64,000 nucleotides of DNA from Vicugna vicugna (Eukaryota), in NCBI GenBank assembly GCA_013265495.1, contig MU058444.1:496001-560000 (forward strand). The letters run 5' to 3'. The translations under genes were made by a program, and so were the position numbers. A model generated the notes under the pieces. That model had not been told where the DNA came from and ran no database searches. It saw only the letters and a program-made list of their open reading frames with translations. Below, piece after piece: positions 13,780 through 27,900 of this stretch. Every line of letters begins with the position of its first letter. Positions within the stretch are counted from its first letter, which is position 1.

Positions 13780-14650
13780 ATAAATTTACAAGATGGATTA
13801 ATGCCTACTGGGTTAGCAGAACCCAGGAAGCAAGAGCTCCATACCTTTGGTACGTGACACAAATGAAGATAAAAATGACATGCCTAAAACATTTAAAATT
13901 TAATTTAAAATTATTTAAATATAGAAATTATTACCGTGATAGTTTACAATGACAAACCAAATCTAATTAGTGAACTTGGATAGAGATAATGCCTAAAGTC
14001 CTATTTTTGGATCTAGAGAAGGAAAAAAAAAAATTCCGTAACTATAGGATGGAGTTTAATTTCAACAAATGTTGAAAAAAACATGAAAGGACTAGGAATT
14101 TTAGGTGATAGCACCCTCGGTATGATCCAACCATACAGAATGGCTTCAACCTCACGCCCCTGTATGTTCTGAACTCAACACAGAAAACAAGGAGGCAATG
14201 TCAATTATTATTATCTTCAGTGTATTAATTAAATTTATTGTCAATACCATGTAAGTGATGATGACATTCTACTTTGTGTCAAAAGTACACTTAGTTAATC
14301 ACACCTCTTAAACATTTAAAAGACTATTGACAAAGGAAAGGAATAGTGAAATGCTTCTGCTGAGGATGGATTGGTGAAACAGCAGTATAACCATCATGCA
14401 GGAAGAAGCTCTTAGCCCAAGCAGGGAAACGTAGGACCAATGGAGTAAGTTAGCAGGGAGCATCCTCTGGCTAAATATAAAGGAGGATTTTGTACCAATT
14501 CTAACAGTTAGATCCAAATGTGCTGCCTGGGGGAGGTGGGCAAGTGTTCATGGCATGACTGAACAGAGGATCAGAGCGATTCACGCTTTGGGTGAGGGGG
14601 TTGAACCAGATTGCCTTCAATGTCACCTCTGAATCTAAGATTATATGACA
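13780..14650 (+). mobile_element. L3/CR1 relic (3' part and terminus)
   Basis: Ends in ggttgaaccagattgccttcaatgtcacctctgaatctaagattatatga, which matches the L3/MIR3 3' terminal motif. Confidence 0.55.
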
Positions 14651-14789
14651 CTGCATGTGTGAGAACAAGATAGCTCTCTGTACAGGCTTCTCCAACAATC
14701 TTCTTCAGGGCAGCTGAAGATAGGAGATCAAACGTTGTAAATGGTTATGCATCCCAAAAGGCGGGGCGAGGGCATATGGTAGATCAGTG

Positions 14790-15000
14790 CACAGCTGTTG
14801 AGCTGGAGCGCCCGTGTCCAAATCCCAGCTATGATTTAGTAACTAGTGACGTCAGGTGAGTTTCTTAACATCGCTCTCCTGTAGTTTCAATATACAAAAT
14901 GGACATAATATAGTATCTACATAATGGTTTATCATGATCCCTAAATGAGATAATACACATTAAGCTTTTAGAAGGGTACCTGGTTTGTAGTGATTGTTAA
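14790..15000 (+). mobile_element. MIR
   Basis: gtccaaatcccagct...actagtgacgtcaggtgagtttcttaac...aaaatggacataata...aaatgagataatac core. Confidence 0.7.

Positions 15001-15001
<1 letters not shown>

Positions 15002-15043
<42 letters not shown>
15002..15043. repeat. (TTA)n microsatellite
   Basis: Perfect trinucleotide run at the MIR tail. Confidence 0.95.
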
Positions 15044-15044
<1 letters not shown>

Positions 15045-16576
15045 AACCATGATTATACTTAAATATGCATAGAAGCCTCGTGGAGTGTTAATCATATATT
15101 TTATTTTGCATTATTTGTCTGTTGAGATATTCCTTGGGAGCAAATATCTTATGGAGAAGCGTGGGTAGCTGGACCCCAGAGCTGTTTTTTGTTCTTTATA
15201 GGCTGTTGTCAGCTTAGATAAGTCAGCTGAGCTCCCTGCGTCTCCTTTTCCTAATGACTCTTTAGTTACAGGGATTCTGCAGAATTCAGTGAGGCAAGAA
15301 GTATTATTTGCCTTGTAATAAATGTCAGTTCACACTCCCCACGAAGAGATGGCATTTCACTTTTGGTCCTTATCCCAATCCGTGGACGCCTGGAGACCAG
15401 GTCATAGCAATGCAGGTTCTATATAGAGAATTAGGGCTTTGAAGGGACCAGAAACTTGCTCCCTCCAGGTCTGGCCTTTTGATTTTTTTTTTATTCCTAC
15501 TTGAACTTTCTTCTAAGGAAAATGAATGTGCCAGCCTCTTACCTTCCTCACGGCAGTTTAATTAAGGTTTCATCAATGGCATCCGTAAAACTCAAGGTTT
15601 TATTTTCACTTGACTCTCTGTCTTCTTCTGTAGATCCTTTGGTGTGCTTTTCAGAGGGACTACGACAGCCTGGCGCTGTGTGCCAGTTTCCCGCTGGCTG
15701 GGGCTGGGCCCTTGGGGAAGCTACCTGAGACAAGAGCTTTTGAAGTGAAAGGAACCTTGAACTTGGTTAAGCAGCTTGGGACCCAGAGCAGGATCAAAAC
15801 CAGGCTTTTGATTATGCATAGCAGCCTGACTTCCACAGCTTCCTCACGCTCAACCCTCTTCTCCCAATACTCCACAAAAGTGAACTCTGTTCTCTGAGTT
15901 TTACTTAAAACTCAGGATGTTTCATCATTGGTTTCATCAACATCACTGTATTAGAATGTGCAGGAGACTTAAAGTGATGAGGTTTAAAAAAAATCAATTT
16001 AAGATCAAGAGTGTGGATTCTAATATTTTTTCCTTTATGCAGTTAAATTGCTGATATTACTTCTATTCAAAATATGCTACTTATTAAAAATTATGGCTTA
16101 ATTTTATGTATTCTGATTGTTTGTTATGAATGATGCAAGAGGGTGTATGAAGACTTCAGTGAAACTTATAGGCACAGTATTTAATTATGACACTATTAAA
16201 AGGAACTGCTTTCTTTTGAGAATCAAGCCACCTTCCCCCAACACATGAATAGTACTCCTATGGGTGAATGCTGCTAGTGAGAAATGTATATATAATTTTG
16301 TACAAATGGATGTTTTTAGGCTCTGAAACTAAATAGCATGGAATTACCTATAACCTCTAGGCTGATAATTTACTGTGATAGTGTTTTGCTTCTCATGCTA
16401 AAAAAAATTAACATGACGAGCTGATTTTTTTTTTCTGTCAAAAATAAGTTGTTCAAGCGTAATCACTGTTTTCTTCATTTGATAGCCTGGCATTTAACTT
16501 GGTAGAACTAGTCTACAATCATGTCACAATTTTCCTCCCTTTTCAATCCACTCTTGCTTTCTGGTTACCATTCTAG

Positions 16577-16648
16577 CAATACAAGACCAAGTCCAGCTAC
16601 AAGGCTTTCGCAGCAATCCCTACAAACACACTGCTTTTGGAACAGAAG
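16577..16648 (+). CDS. MLIP: MLIP coding exon (72 nt, phase 0/0): QYKTKSSYKAFAAIPTNTLLLEQK
   Basis: Acceptor ttctag| and donor |gtcagt. The translation matches the MLIP motif recalled from the human protein and joins in frame with the next exons. Upstream MLIP exons lie outside the window. Confidence 0.93.
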
Positions 16649-19600
16649 GTCAGTGTTGTCTCAAAAGCAGAGTGAATCTGTATTCTGTCTTCTAAAAATT
16701 TCTAATGTCATTTTTTTGTTATTGTTCTGTTTCTTTAAAAAAATTTCGGTTTTCAAGTTCTGCCTTTACTAAAATAAAACGCTGCTTTTAGTCTAGGATG
16801 ATGTGGTGAGAGCATCTTGGTGAACAGAACTGGAGACACTGTGGATTTGTCAGTCGAGGCTGGGGATGAGTGTAGAGTTTTCCAAGCCACTGCCAAGCAG
16901 CTCTGGGAAACTTGACCTGGATTTGGATACAGTTGTTTTCCTTTGGAATTTTAAATGGTCGTTTCAAGAACGTCCATCTCTACTCATATTGATGAACAGA
17001 GTAGAGGTAAAATGGGGTTGCACTGTGGGCAATTGGCCACTTTTAAAATTAGGTGATGAACAGTAGCTTCCCCAGGACAGAAATATATGAGCTGAGCATC
17101 CAACGTAGCCGCTTAGATCCCTGCGTGAGCTGGACCTCTTCGTCCACGCTTGCCAGCCATGGCTCGTACCTCCGTGAGTAGGCAGGAGGGTTGAGATCCT
17201 TTCCGATGACCCAGCTGCTTTCACGTGGCTCTAGGGCATTTTTATTTGCTGTGGAGTTGTTAATTACAAAGTTACAGGATTCTGCTTCAGTAGGTAAATT
17301 AAATTAAAGCCTCTTGTTTAATCAGCACATTACAGATATGCAAATGCAGCCCCAATGGAGGATCACATCAGAATTGAAGTGAAATCAGTTACCAAGTCTA
17401 TGAAATTATACATTTCCTATGTTATTTTTATGATATTTATTTAGGCAATTTATCTTTTACTGCCTTAAGCCCCCCCTTTTTTTCTGTGCAACGATTGCAA
17501 TGATAGTGTTTCAAATAATGTCATTATTTGTCAAATGTTAATGTTTGCCCACCAGGCGGTATTTCGACCACTGGTTTATGAATCTGTATCTTTGTTATTT
17601 TAGCATGATCTGGAGAATAAAATGGTTGTATATTCTCTTGCCTAAGAAGTAGGAAATGTTAATGGAAAATGCTAAGCAGTATATAGCAGTTGGCTGTGTC
17701 TCTTGTATCATGTATCTCTGAGAACTAATTCCAAATTATCCACATGGGGTCCAGAGTCTATGCTCTATATATGTGAATGCTTTGAGCTGGGCAGGGGTGT
17801 CACTTGGCTGCAGGCAGAGCTGTAGCTTTTTCTGTAGCTTCTCTTGTGAATTTTGACCTTTTACAGCTCATTGAAAGACGAGGTGGGCTTAACCATCAAT
17901 TTCAGGAGGACGCAAGGAGTGACACCTTCACCAGATGCCCCTTAACCCTACTGTCTAGAGTTACTGGGTAGAATCATAGCAGAAGTGTTCCCTCACCGCA
18001 GACCCTCTCCATTTCAGATGGACATTTCCAAAATCTGGTCACCGAAATGGGAGCAGCTCTCCCACTCAACAGCTGGGCGAAGAGAGTGGGGCTAGCGTGT
18101 CCCGGCATGCTTCCCTCAGGCTGGTCTCTCCTGACCCAGCCTGCTCTCCTATACCTGTGTCATTCCACTATTACTCACTTTCTATTTAGAAAAACAAGAG
18201 TTAATTTTTCTTGAAATGTCTTTGTAAGGGAAAGCTGGATGTCACTATTGCTTCCAGAATTGCTGCTTACCAGCTCTCTTCTCTTCCAATTAAATGGATT
18301 TTTAGAGGTGGTAACCTATTGGTCGTTAAAATGAAAAATGATTAGCTTAATTCCCAGTTTTATCACAAACTAATTTCATAAATGTATATGCTGATATGGC
18401 TTTACATCTCACCTCGTGCAAGTTCATTTGCGAGAGGTTTTGTTTTGAATCAAACATGCTCTTTGGCAAAATGATTTTTATTTTTAGTACAGCCAAATGG
18501 AAATATCATGATATCTCATTTTAAAATATCTGTATCTAGTGTGCATAATAATCTCTTGGCTAAGATAAGTTGTTTGGGGACCATCAATATTTGAATTGTT
18601 CAGATGTCATAGGATATGACAGGATGTTAGTCTTTAAAAATACCACATTTGGCGGGGGTGGGGGGGCTGGCTTTTCCATGTTATATATTCCTCAATGAGA
18701 CACTTTATTTTGTAAGACTTTTTAAATAACAAAAACGATTATGTTATTATTAGATAACATGATTAGATGAGAGTTTATTTCTATTTTCAGTAATATTTCT
18801 TGAATGATACTGTGCTGTTTCTTTCATGATTATAATTTTAAAAAATAAATCTGGCAATTTAGACTGTTTAACCCATCTGTTTATACAATAGATCTCATTC
18901 TATGCCATTAAAATCAAAGGGGCTTATTTCTGAATTGAGTGGACTATTAAGGCTGTAATCATCAGAAACTCATCTATTTGTGGAAGGAGTAACATTTTGG
19001 AATATTTTAAATCACAGAAGCTTTTATGAGGTCACTCTAGTATCACACAGAACAGCACAATTAAGGGACAACTTGATGATACAGTGTCATTACAATATCC
19101 TCTTAAGGTCTCTGCCATGGGACGCCTTGAAAATAGAACTAACATATTTAATTCGAGTCTTACGATAGTTCAGCAAATAATTCTCTCCCCAAGCCAGATT
19201 TTTTTCTACTGCATTCTAGTTGATAGCATTTAGTATAATTAATGAGTATAAAGCTACTTTTAAAGGCAAAATTTTCTCCAAATTGAAATACAGTCATCCT
19301 TTCCAATCAGACATTAAGCTCTCATTGAATCCCTGCATTGGTTTCAGCTTTAATCACCCCTCGATGAAGCCCATAATTTTCAAGGGAGTACATTTTGTTG
19401 GCAGAGGACATGAGGTTTCTGGTACTTTTGTAATTTATTGTCTGCATCAAAACTTAAATGTATAGCTTATTCCATTTTCTATCATTTTCCCCCCTGTGAA
19501 CATTCAGGAAGGAAGCATTTTTAGCTGAAGTCTTAAGTAAGGCTTTACAGGAAAAGATAAATGTCAGGCATCATATTTTAATGTGTTGGCATCCAGGTCC

Positions 19601-22600
19601 TTAACCTAATCTCCTGCCAATAGTCATCCTCTCCAAGATTGAGATGAGGATGTAGTACAAGTGATTATAAAGCAGGAACAAAATAATCAAATCAACTTAC
19701 ATTTGTGAGTGTCCATGGATCTTATTACAGTATGCCCAGCAATATATTAGGTCATTTTGATATGGGCATTATTCTTTGGTCTTGAGGTGTGTCCTTTTTG
19801 GAGAACGCTAAAGTAAGGGTCTCTCTCTCTCATTGACTAATTCTTCTTCTTATCATCTGGGTCTGATAGCAATAGGTAGAAAGTTAAAATTAAATAGAAG
19901 TACACATATTCATGTTCTAAATAAATGGATGATTATTTTTAGTGTGCAGTTGTATTAAAGCAAGGACAGATGAAGGAATATTTCCATGAGATCAGATAAT
20001 ATGGCTTTCTATTGTCTCCCAATAATATTTTTCAGTGAAAGAATATACTTTTTCCCTTGAATATATTTAAGTTATCTGTTCCCTTCCTGACAAGGATTTC
20101 TCAGGATAAATTCAAAGCTATGGTAGGCACTGCTTTCCAACAAATGACATTGCTATGCATTTAATTCATAAGCTATGAGCATTTGAAAGAATTCTGGAGT
20201 AGCTCAGGTTTGTTAATAGCACATATAAGTTGCAGGATTAATTATCTAAATGAAAGTTATAGAATAAAAGTTATTTTATTTTCTCCTGTTTGATGGCAGG
20301 TAAAGAACAGCCCTTTTGAAGACAATTGTAAAAACTGTGCTATAAAAACAGGTAATGATTTGAGATATCTTGTCAATCGTCAAGTCAATTTATTCTAAGT
20401 TGCCAATTTCAGTTCTTTAAAACATCAGTTGGGAAACTCCAGTCTGATTAAACACATGTCTTTGGATGAGAAGATTTTAAAATCTCTGCAGGTCTCCAAA
20501 ATTTAACAAAATCTGGTTACTAACTTAGCATATGGTCTAGACTAAAGAGACGTCTCTTAATTTAGGTTAGTTCAAGAAGTGAGTGTGTTTCCAATTTCTT
20601 TAGCAATGGAGAAATGCCCAGGACCCAAATCTATACTAATTGGCTCTCCCTGGGTAATTGTATACCATGCAAATGTTTCTTTTAGAGCACTCACTAAACC
20701 ATGTTTAATTATATGTATTGATTGGTTTTTTCCTACTAAAACTATATCCTACTACTAAAATATAGTAGTTTTTGTTATGTAGCCCTTGAATGAATCAATT
20801 TAGATTGCACCTGAATAGGTCTCTAAAATTTCCATCTTTGTTCTACAGGATTTCAAGGCAAATTTTGGCTCACAGAATTATAAAAATAAAGGGGTCTAGT
20901 GTATGACAATTGGGATGATGATAATTAAAAGTTTTTGGAGGTAGAATAAGCTTCAGCAATTCTCATTCCATGGAAAAGACATAGAGGACCTTCTGCTACA
21001 AGGAATGTCAGCTGGTTTTAGACTTGGCACCCATTAGCGATGAGAGAATACAGTCACACCGGCTGCCATTTTGAGAAGTCTAGTGTTCTAGTGTATCATA
21101 CACTGAGCTAAATGCTTTCCTATCCAAACTCTGTGAGGATTTTGATGCTCCAAGATGTCAACTGAATCTCCCAAAGCAGCAGGGCTAGTAAGATGATGAA
21201 TTGGACCTCAAAGTGGATCTGATTATCCTCTGACTTTTCCCTGCCCACCACGCAACTGTGACATCAACCAGCTAAAGTGAAGTAATGAGCAAGAGTTGAT
21301 GGTTTTGGATGTTTTGGGATAATTTTTTTTATCACTTGCTAAAATATATTTAAATCTTCATTAAATTGGGGCAACAAATGTGTTTTTTTTAATTTCTATT
21401 TTTTTTAATGAGGAACAATGAAAGAAAACTGGAAATGACTTAGTTCTGATAAGACTTGAATGAGCAGAGGATGACAAACCAGCCCAGTTCTTTGAGTTAC
21501 TGAAGAGATGAGGTGAATTACAGGGCAGACGTGCCGGCTGAAAATAAGGAACACCCTTCTGATGCCCTTGATTAAATGAAGGAAGAGCAGGGGGGCTCTT
21601 GTCACTGAAGCTTGAGTTTGAAACTGGCTCTAATGGTTTGCAAAAACTTCTTTCCTTCTGTGTGGGAGAGACAGACATTTAACCCTCCAACAATTTTGGG
21701 ATTGAAAACACCAAGTAAATTTCCCTCCATTCTTGAATTTTTTTAGCCAACCATGTGAAAATAATCTAGTGATAAATACTTCTAGATCTTTACAGAAGCT
21801 GTACTTTTGTGTATCTGGAGTCCCCTTTGGCTTCCAGTGCACATCCCCCTCCTTTTCTTCTGATCTGAATGCTATTCAGCCCCAAATCTCCAACTAGATA
21901 ATCGAGCTGAGGTTGATTTGCTGAGAATATCTCTGATCCTACCAATGGTTTTGTGTTAACGACTGAAAGTCAAGCAAAGTCTTTGTTGTCCTCCGAGGAT
22001 TTAGTCTCCCAAATAGCTGATCAGGTTAACAAAATGTAGCAGCATTTAGGTTTAGCATGGTTTATTTTTGGAGAATTTGATCATTACTAAAATACAGTAA
22101 CTTGCCCATGAAATTTTTGAAACCCAATCCAGTTAGGCATCACCAAAAGCTTACAAACCCTCTGAGAGTCTTCTTCCTTTGGAAGCAGTTTACTTTCTAA
22201 CTCTATTTAGAGTGCAACTAATTCATCTTATCTTCAGATTCTCAGAGCTTAATCTTATTTCCAAAGAGAGCAGGTTAGACTGACTCAGTATGTCTGACTT
22301 TAAAAGTGTTTGTGGCTCTATCAGAATTGCTCCTTTTGGATGGAGAACAGATATTACAGCATGCTGGCATATATTCTCATAAAGACTTTGATTAACAATG
22401 CTTGCTCTTTGTCCTTGGCTCTTAATCATAATGGCATGCCAAGCTCAGAAACCATTTTCTTCTAGAAGTCAGATTTCTATGTCTCTTTTCAAAAACTGTG
22501 CCCCAAAGTTGGTTGTGCTAAGCAAAACATAACCACTTTTAATGAGAATATTTCTAACTTACATTAGTAAAGAATCTTTAAAATATGATTCAAAGCCTGT

Positions 22601-23589
22601 CCCATATATGCCTCACGTGGCTGTCATCTCATTTGGTAGGAAATATATATTTTTAATAAAAATCTTTTATTGGAAAATATTCTGAGAGAACGTCACTCAA
22701 TATGAATAAATCTAAAGAAACATCACTACAGTCCTGCTAGCTATGTTGTCAAAAGGCAATCTATGGTTAGCCTTCTTGTTAATGGACAATTAATGTATTT
22801 TTAAAAATACAATCTTGTACCACAGAGGAAAAGAACCCTACTTTTTTATGGCCGCTAGAAGGAATGGATCAAGATGATATATTTGACAGAGAACTCCTTG
22901 TCAATGAAAAAAAAATCAGTTCTAGTAAATTTCAAGGCTATTTAAACTCAAAAGAATCCCCCTTCCAAATTTTAATGCAGTTTGAGCATTGTCTCCATTT
23001 CAAAGATTGAGCATTATTGACATTTTCAGCATTACCAGTCATCTTCCTTCATTTTCCAAGGATTCTGAATATATAGCTTTTTAAAATTCTTTGAGTAAAT
23101 TTCAGGATTTGAAATAGCATAAGAAAAGTTGTGTTTGCCTGCAATAAGTTCCCATGGGGAAAGCAGCACCATAATCCTATTTGATTTTGGCTGAAAAAGA
23201 AAATTTGCTCATTATATTAACACTGATCACATGCTCAGATCTCTAATGGTGAAAACTTTAATTGAAATATGGGAAAAGAAATAATTTGTTATTTAAAATA
23301 TTCAGAGTTTAAACTACTTCTCTAGAGCATTTTACCAAGGCATATTAAAATCATATTATTTCTATGGTTCATTTATTCATTTAAATCTATTTATCGTTAG
23401 TTTGCACTTTCAATTCATCCTAATGATCTTTCCTGAGCACATATCATGTGCTCTATCCTGGGACTACAAAGATAAATACCATATTTTCCTGATCATAATA
23501 GAATAAGTGGTCCAATAAGGTAGAGATATGGTTGAAGAGGAATTATGATAAAATGTGCTCTTCACAAACTAGGAAAAGAAGTGTTTTCT

Positions 23590-24850
23590 CTTTTTTTTCA
23601 CACAAAGGTATTTACCCAAGCTTCTGTCCAACATCATATTCCTTTTACTAACAGTTATAAAAGAAAGATATTTGCTCTTCTATTTAACCTTTTACTGATG
23701 GCTTTAGGCAATAAAAGAAGAAAGGAGAAACAACAACCAAGAAGCAACAGAGAAAAGAAGAAATGAAATTGCACTTAGTATAAAATTTCCTACATAGAAA
23801 ATCCAAGAGAATCTATGAGATCACTAAAGTAAATCAGACAGTTTACCAAGTTCACTGGATAAAGGGAATGATTGAGATATAGCATCAATAAACAGAGGAT
23901 GATTGTTTTTTTTAAAAAAGGACAGTGTATACTTGTAATCCCCTAAGTAAGATAACTGAGAATAATGAAATCAAAACAAGCAGATACATGGATGAGAATT
24001 GTGAATAGTTAGCAAGCATAGGAGGGATGCCCAACCTCAAAAATGATCGTGGAAATGTGACCTAGAGCCAACATATATTTCATGTACATCAGGATGCTAA
24101 CATTTTTTTTAGTCTGAAAACAGGAACTCTCATTCCTTGCTACTTTATGTGTAAAATTGTACAGTTTTAAATAGCAATTTGAATATGTCTGATGAACTTG
24201 GCTTTTATTACACTATCATTGCAGCTACTTTAGTCTTAAAACCACAAATATGTGTGTAAAGGAATCTGTGCATGAATGATAGTTGTTGCAGTTTGTAACA
24301 GTGAAAACTGGGGTGACCCTAAATATGCAACTCATTTTGCTGTGGAATATCCAGGCTTTGGAATCGTATGTGGGGTTGAAATGACCGAAAAACGGATAAA
24401 TACATAAAATAAAAGGGTGGGAGGGAACTTTTGGAGGTGACAGATAGGTTCATGGCATAGATTGTGAGGATGTTTTCACACATAGATACCTATTTGCAAA
24501 CTCATTGGTTGTATGTTAAATATGTACGGATTTTTGTATGTCAATCATACCTCAATAAAACTTAAAAAAAAAAAAAACAACAAAGAACAGAAAAAGCAAG
24601 TTCCAGGAGCATGCGGTATACTTACATGAAATTAGGAGAACTGCACAGAACAACCTTTTATGTTATTCAGTGATGTACGCGTACATTAATAGGAAGAAAA
24701 ATGAAGGACATACACTTGATAAGCAAAATGGAGGAAAACGAGGAGGGAGGAGAAACAAGAGGTGGAGGAATGGCCACTGGCTTCTGTTGTTTTGCAATAT
24801 TTTACTTTGTAATCTCCATGGGACTATACAGTGAACAAGAGTTTTATCTC
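23590..24850 (+). mobile_element. Ancient L1M fragments, including an L1MC-type 3' end at ~24370-24580
   Basis: catagaaaatccaagagaatcta (ORF2 relic), and ggagggaacttttggaggtgacagataggtt...gtcaatcatacctcaataaaac plus an A tail. Confidence 0.6.
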
Positions 24851-25432
24851 ATCTCTTTACATGTGTCTGAAATACATCACAATAAATAAAAATTGTGTCC
24901 CATTTTGCAAAGTTAAGTGTCCTTTGAGGCCAAGCCTGATGAATAAGGTAGCTAAGACTTTTTGAATAGAAATGATGAACAATGAGGCAAGATTTCCTTC
25001 TTGTGTGTGTTGTGTTTCTTGTAAACTGGCCCTGAAGCATTTCTCTCAATAGATTTGTGTTCTTTTGAGAAATGACTACATCACTGTTTTTTCTCTGTGT
25101 AGCTTCCCAAGGTGACTTCTTTGAGGGGACAAGGCTCATTTGGAGGCATACGGTGTCCAAGTTCTAGTTTCTGTGCTTAGAAGCTCAACCTCTTTTATTC
25201 CAGCACCTGATAATTGGAGATACTCATCCCATAGGAGAAACTAGACAATTGTGGGAAATGCCTCTGTATCAGAGAATAGCTTATCAGATGATCCAGAGAT
25301 TTTTTTCTTCTCGGAAATACTGAGCTATATCGAGCTACCCGTACTGAGCTATAGTTGGGATTCAGACTTTTCTACTATGTTTGTATTTCCCTGAAAGCCT
25401 CACATGAGAACTATTTCATTTGTCATCACTAG

Positions 25433-25498
25433 GCACTAGATGAACCGGCCAAGACTGAGAGCATCCCCAGGGACCGCACATTAGACCCACCACTGGAG
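25433..25498 (+). CDS. MLIP: MLIP coding exon (66 nt, phase 0/0): ALDEPAKTESIPRDRTLDPPLE
   Basis: Acceptor cactag| and donor |gtaacg. Similar to recalled human ALDEPAKTESVSKDNTLEPPVE. Confidence 0.92.
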
Positions 25499-25581
25499 GT
25501 AACGGCTTCAGACCACCCCTGCTTTTGAAATGCAATCCCCAAAACTCTTGCTAACCCACTACCTGGTTTCAATTCTTCCAG

Positions 25582-25665
25582 TTGTGTTCCCCTGCACAGC
25601 TCAGGCAGCAAACTGAAGAGCTCTGTGCTACCATTGATAAGGTCTTACAGGATTCCTTGTCTATG
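25582..25665 (+). CDS. MLIP: MLIP coding exon (84 nt, phase 0/0): LCSPAQLRQQTEELCATIDKVLQDSLSM
   Basis: Acceptor ttcttccag| and donor |gtaatg, with a branch-like tgctaac in the 83-nt upstream intron. Contains the conserved MLIP motif PAQLRQQTEELCATIDKVLQD. Confidence 0.93.
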
Positions 25666-25786
25666 GTAATGCCTTAGACTAGAACGTGCTATCAAACCTT
25701 TGCTTCGCTTCTCTTCATTTGCCTCTGCTTGACTAGGATGGATGCATCACAGCTTGTCCTTTTTTTGTTTTGTTTTTCCCCCCTAG

Positions 25787-25846
25787 CATTCTTCTGATTC
25801 GCCTTCAAGTTCCCTACAGACATGGTTGGGTTCTGACACAATCAAA
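25787..25846 (+). CDS. MLIP: MLIP coding exon (60 nt, phase 0/0): HSSDSPSSSLQTWLGSDTIK
   Basis: Strong polypyrimidine tract ending ccctag| and donor |gtatgt. Similar to recalled human HSSDSPSRSPKTLLGSDTVK. Confidence 0.9.
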
Positions 25847-27169
25847 GTATGTATCTATTTAATATAATTTACTGAACCATAAGAGTTACTAAGTCAGTGA
25901 GTTTTAAACTTCAGGTCAAGGCTCAGTAGCGATTTGGGATGTTAGTGGACAGCAACCAGCATTTTTGTTTTGTGTTTTTTGTTTGTTTGTTTGTTGTTAG
26001 CAAACAGCATTTTAGAAATATAATGTAAGATATGTAAGAATGTAAAATATCAGACTCTATTCTTCCAAGTGTTGAGGAGGTATTACTGACGTTTATTTCG
26101 GCTTCTTTCTATGTACACGTATAGTTATGCGTGTATGGGTTGCAGTAAAATCTATTTCTAACTATGGGTCAAGTTCAAAATAGAAAGTCAAAGTGTTGGA
26201 CTGTGTTGTTCCATGTTGGCATTTAACATGTGGGACCGTATGGAGAACTTGTGACTTAGTTTCATCTCAAGCCATAGCTTCAGTCCTTATGTAATTCACA
26301 GCCCTTAAAATTGTAGAAGAGGCAAAATGGAGTTACAGTCTAAGAGCTTTCACACAGGTATTATTTCTGGAATTCTTTTTCTTTTGGTTGACTGGATCAA
26401 TTTCATTGTTCTTTGACTCAGAGAGACAGAATCCTGGGTACTTTTGATTGTTAGAGGACGGCTAAAGCATTCACTGTCAGATTGCATATTTACATAAGTC
26501 CTTCTTGTAATGTAGCCATCTTCGTTTGTTGAGATAAAATATTACGTCTCCAGATTATTTTTCGAATGCTTAGTACAGATCTGCTTATCCAAATTGCAAA
26601 ATGATGGTGCTTTTTCCTTAATGGCTAATTGTTCATTTTTTTCTGTCAGTCTTATTTTCTCTCTTGGAATTAGTATCAATACTTTTTGAACAAAGTTGGA
26701 CATTGTATGTATAAAGTAGATCTTAAATGTACAGAATTGTCTGTAACTAAAAGAGTACTCCTATTTTCAATTGGACCGTTATAGACAAATATCCTCTAAT
26801 AATAATGTAGAAATCAGGTGATCCATCACTGTCAATATTAAGAATTATATTTTAGTAGAGAGGACCTGCAAATAGATAATTATAATTTCTATGTTTGTAA
26901 TCTATTTTGTTGTGTATTCTTCAAGTCTTTTAATCTGAAAATAGAAAACTTTGATTTGCCAGAGCTGCTATATAAATTTTAAATATATACTGTTCTCATT
27001 TCATTTGTTGAACATATAAAAATACCCCATATTACATTAAATATAATAGGAATAGGACTTAAGAAGTAATGTGTGAATAATAATCTGTACTATTGATTTA
27101 TTTAATATATATGTAATGCTTATAGTGTCAAAATACATTATTCTAGGCCATTCAATTTAAAGTAGTTAT

Positions 27170-27900
27170 TTCATTTAACAAATATGTATCAGATGCTTAC
27201 AGTGGAGATGACAGTGAGCAAGGTGGGGTAACCTGAGGGGCAGACTTGGATGTAGCGATGGGAAAGGAGGATTCAGTCTAAGACCAGTATGGAAAGACAC
27301 CAGCCATGGAAAGATCAGAGAGAAGAGCTTTCAGGCAGAGGAGTAAGCATGTGCAGATCTCCTGGCAGGTAGAAGCTTAGTATGTATGCAGAAGACCAGT
27401 GTGGGTGCAGTAGAGCAAGCCCAGGTGAACAGTGTAACACGAGGTGAGAAGGTGGGCTGGGGACAGTGACGATACTTACATGCCATGGCATGCAAGTTCG
27501 GATTCCATGGAAAATGGGAAGATATAAAAATATGGGGGGAATACTATGAAACCATTGAAAGAGATCCTGATGGCTGCTGTGAGGAAGCTACTGAGGTCAG
27601 AGGAGCAATGACGGTGGCCTGGAAGGGGTGGGTTCAGAGGAGCCGCAGAGAAGCCCGCCCTGGGTGTGATGGGCGCTGCAGGCTAGCTTGGGTCCGGGTG
27701 TGCTGGGGAAGGAGAGCAGAATCATGGAGGGGCTCCCGGTCCTTGCCTCCAGTGCAGACAGACATGAAGGAGGCGCAGTGTGGTAGCGGGAAGAGGGGTG
27801 TGTTTGCTTTGGATGAGTTCCAGGTGTGTGTTAAGGTGACCTTAACCCTGTGTGTCTGGAGCTAGCAGGAGGGATCGGGGGTGACTGGAACATCGATGTT
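27170..27900 (-). mobile_element. L2 fragment
   Basis: ttcatttaacaaatatgtatcagatgcttac tail, and cagccatggaaagatcagagagaagagctttcaggcagaggagtaagcatgtgcaga. Confidence 0.6.

Noticed and set aside
25318..25353. 12-bp direct repeat tactgagctata upstream of the exon cluster
   Set aside because: Likely a simple slippage duplication, with no evidence of function.
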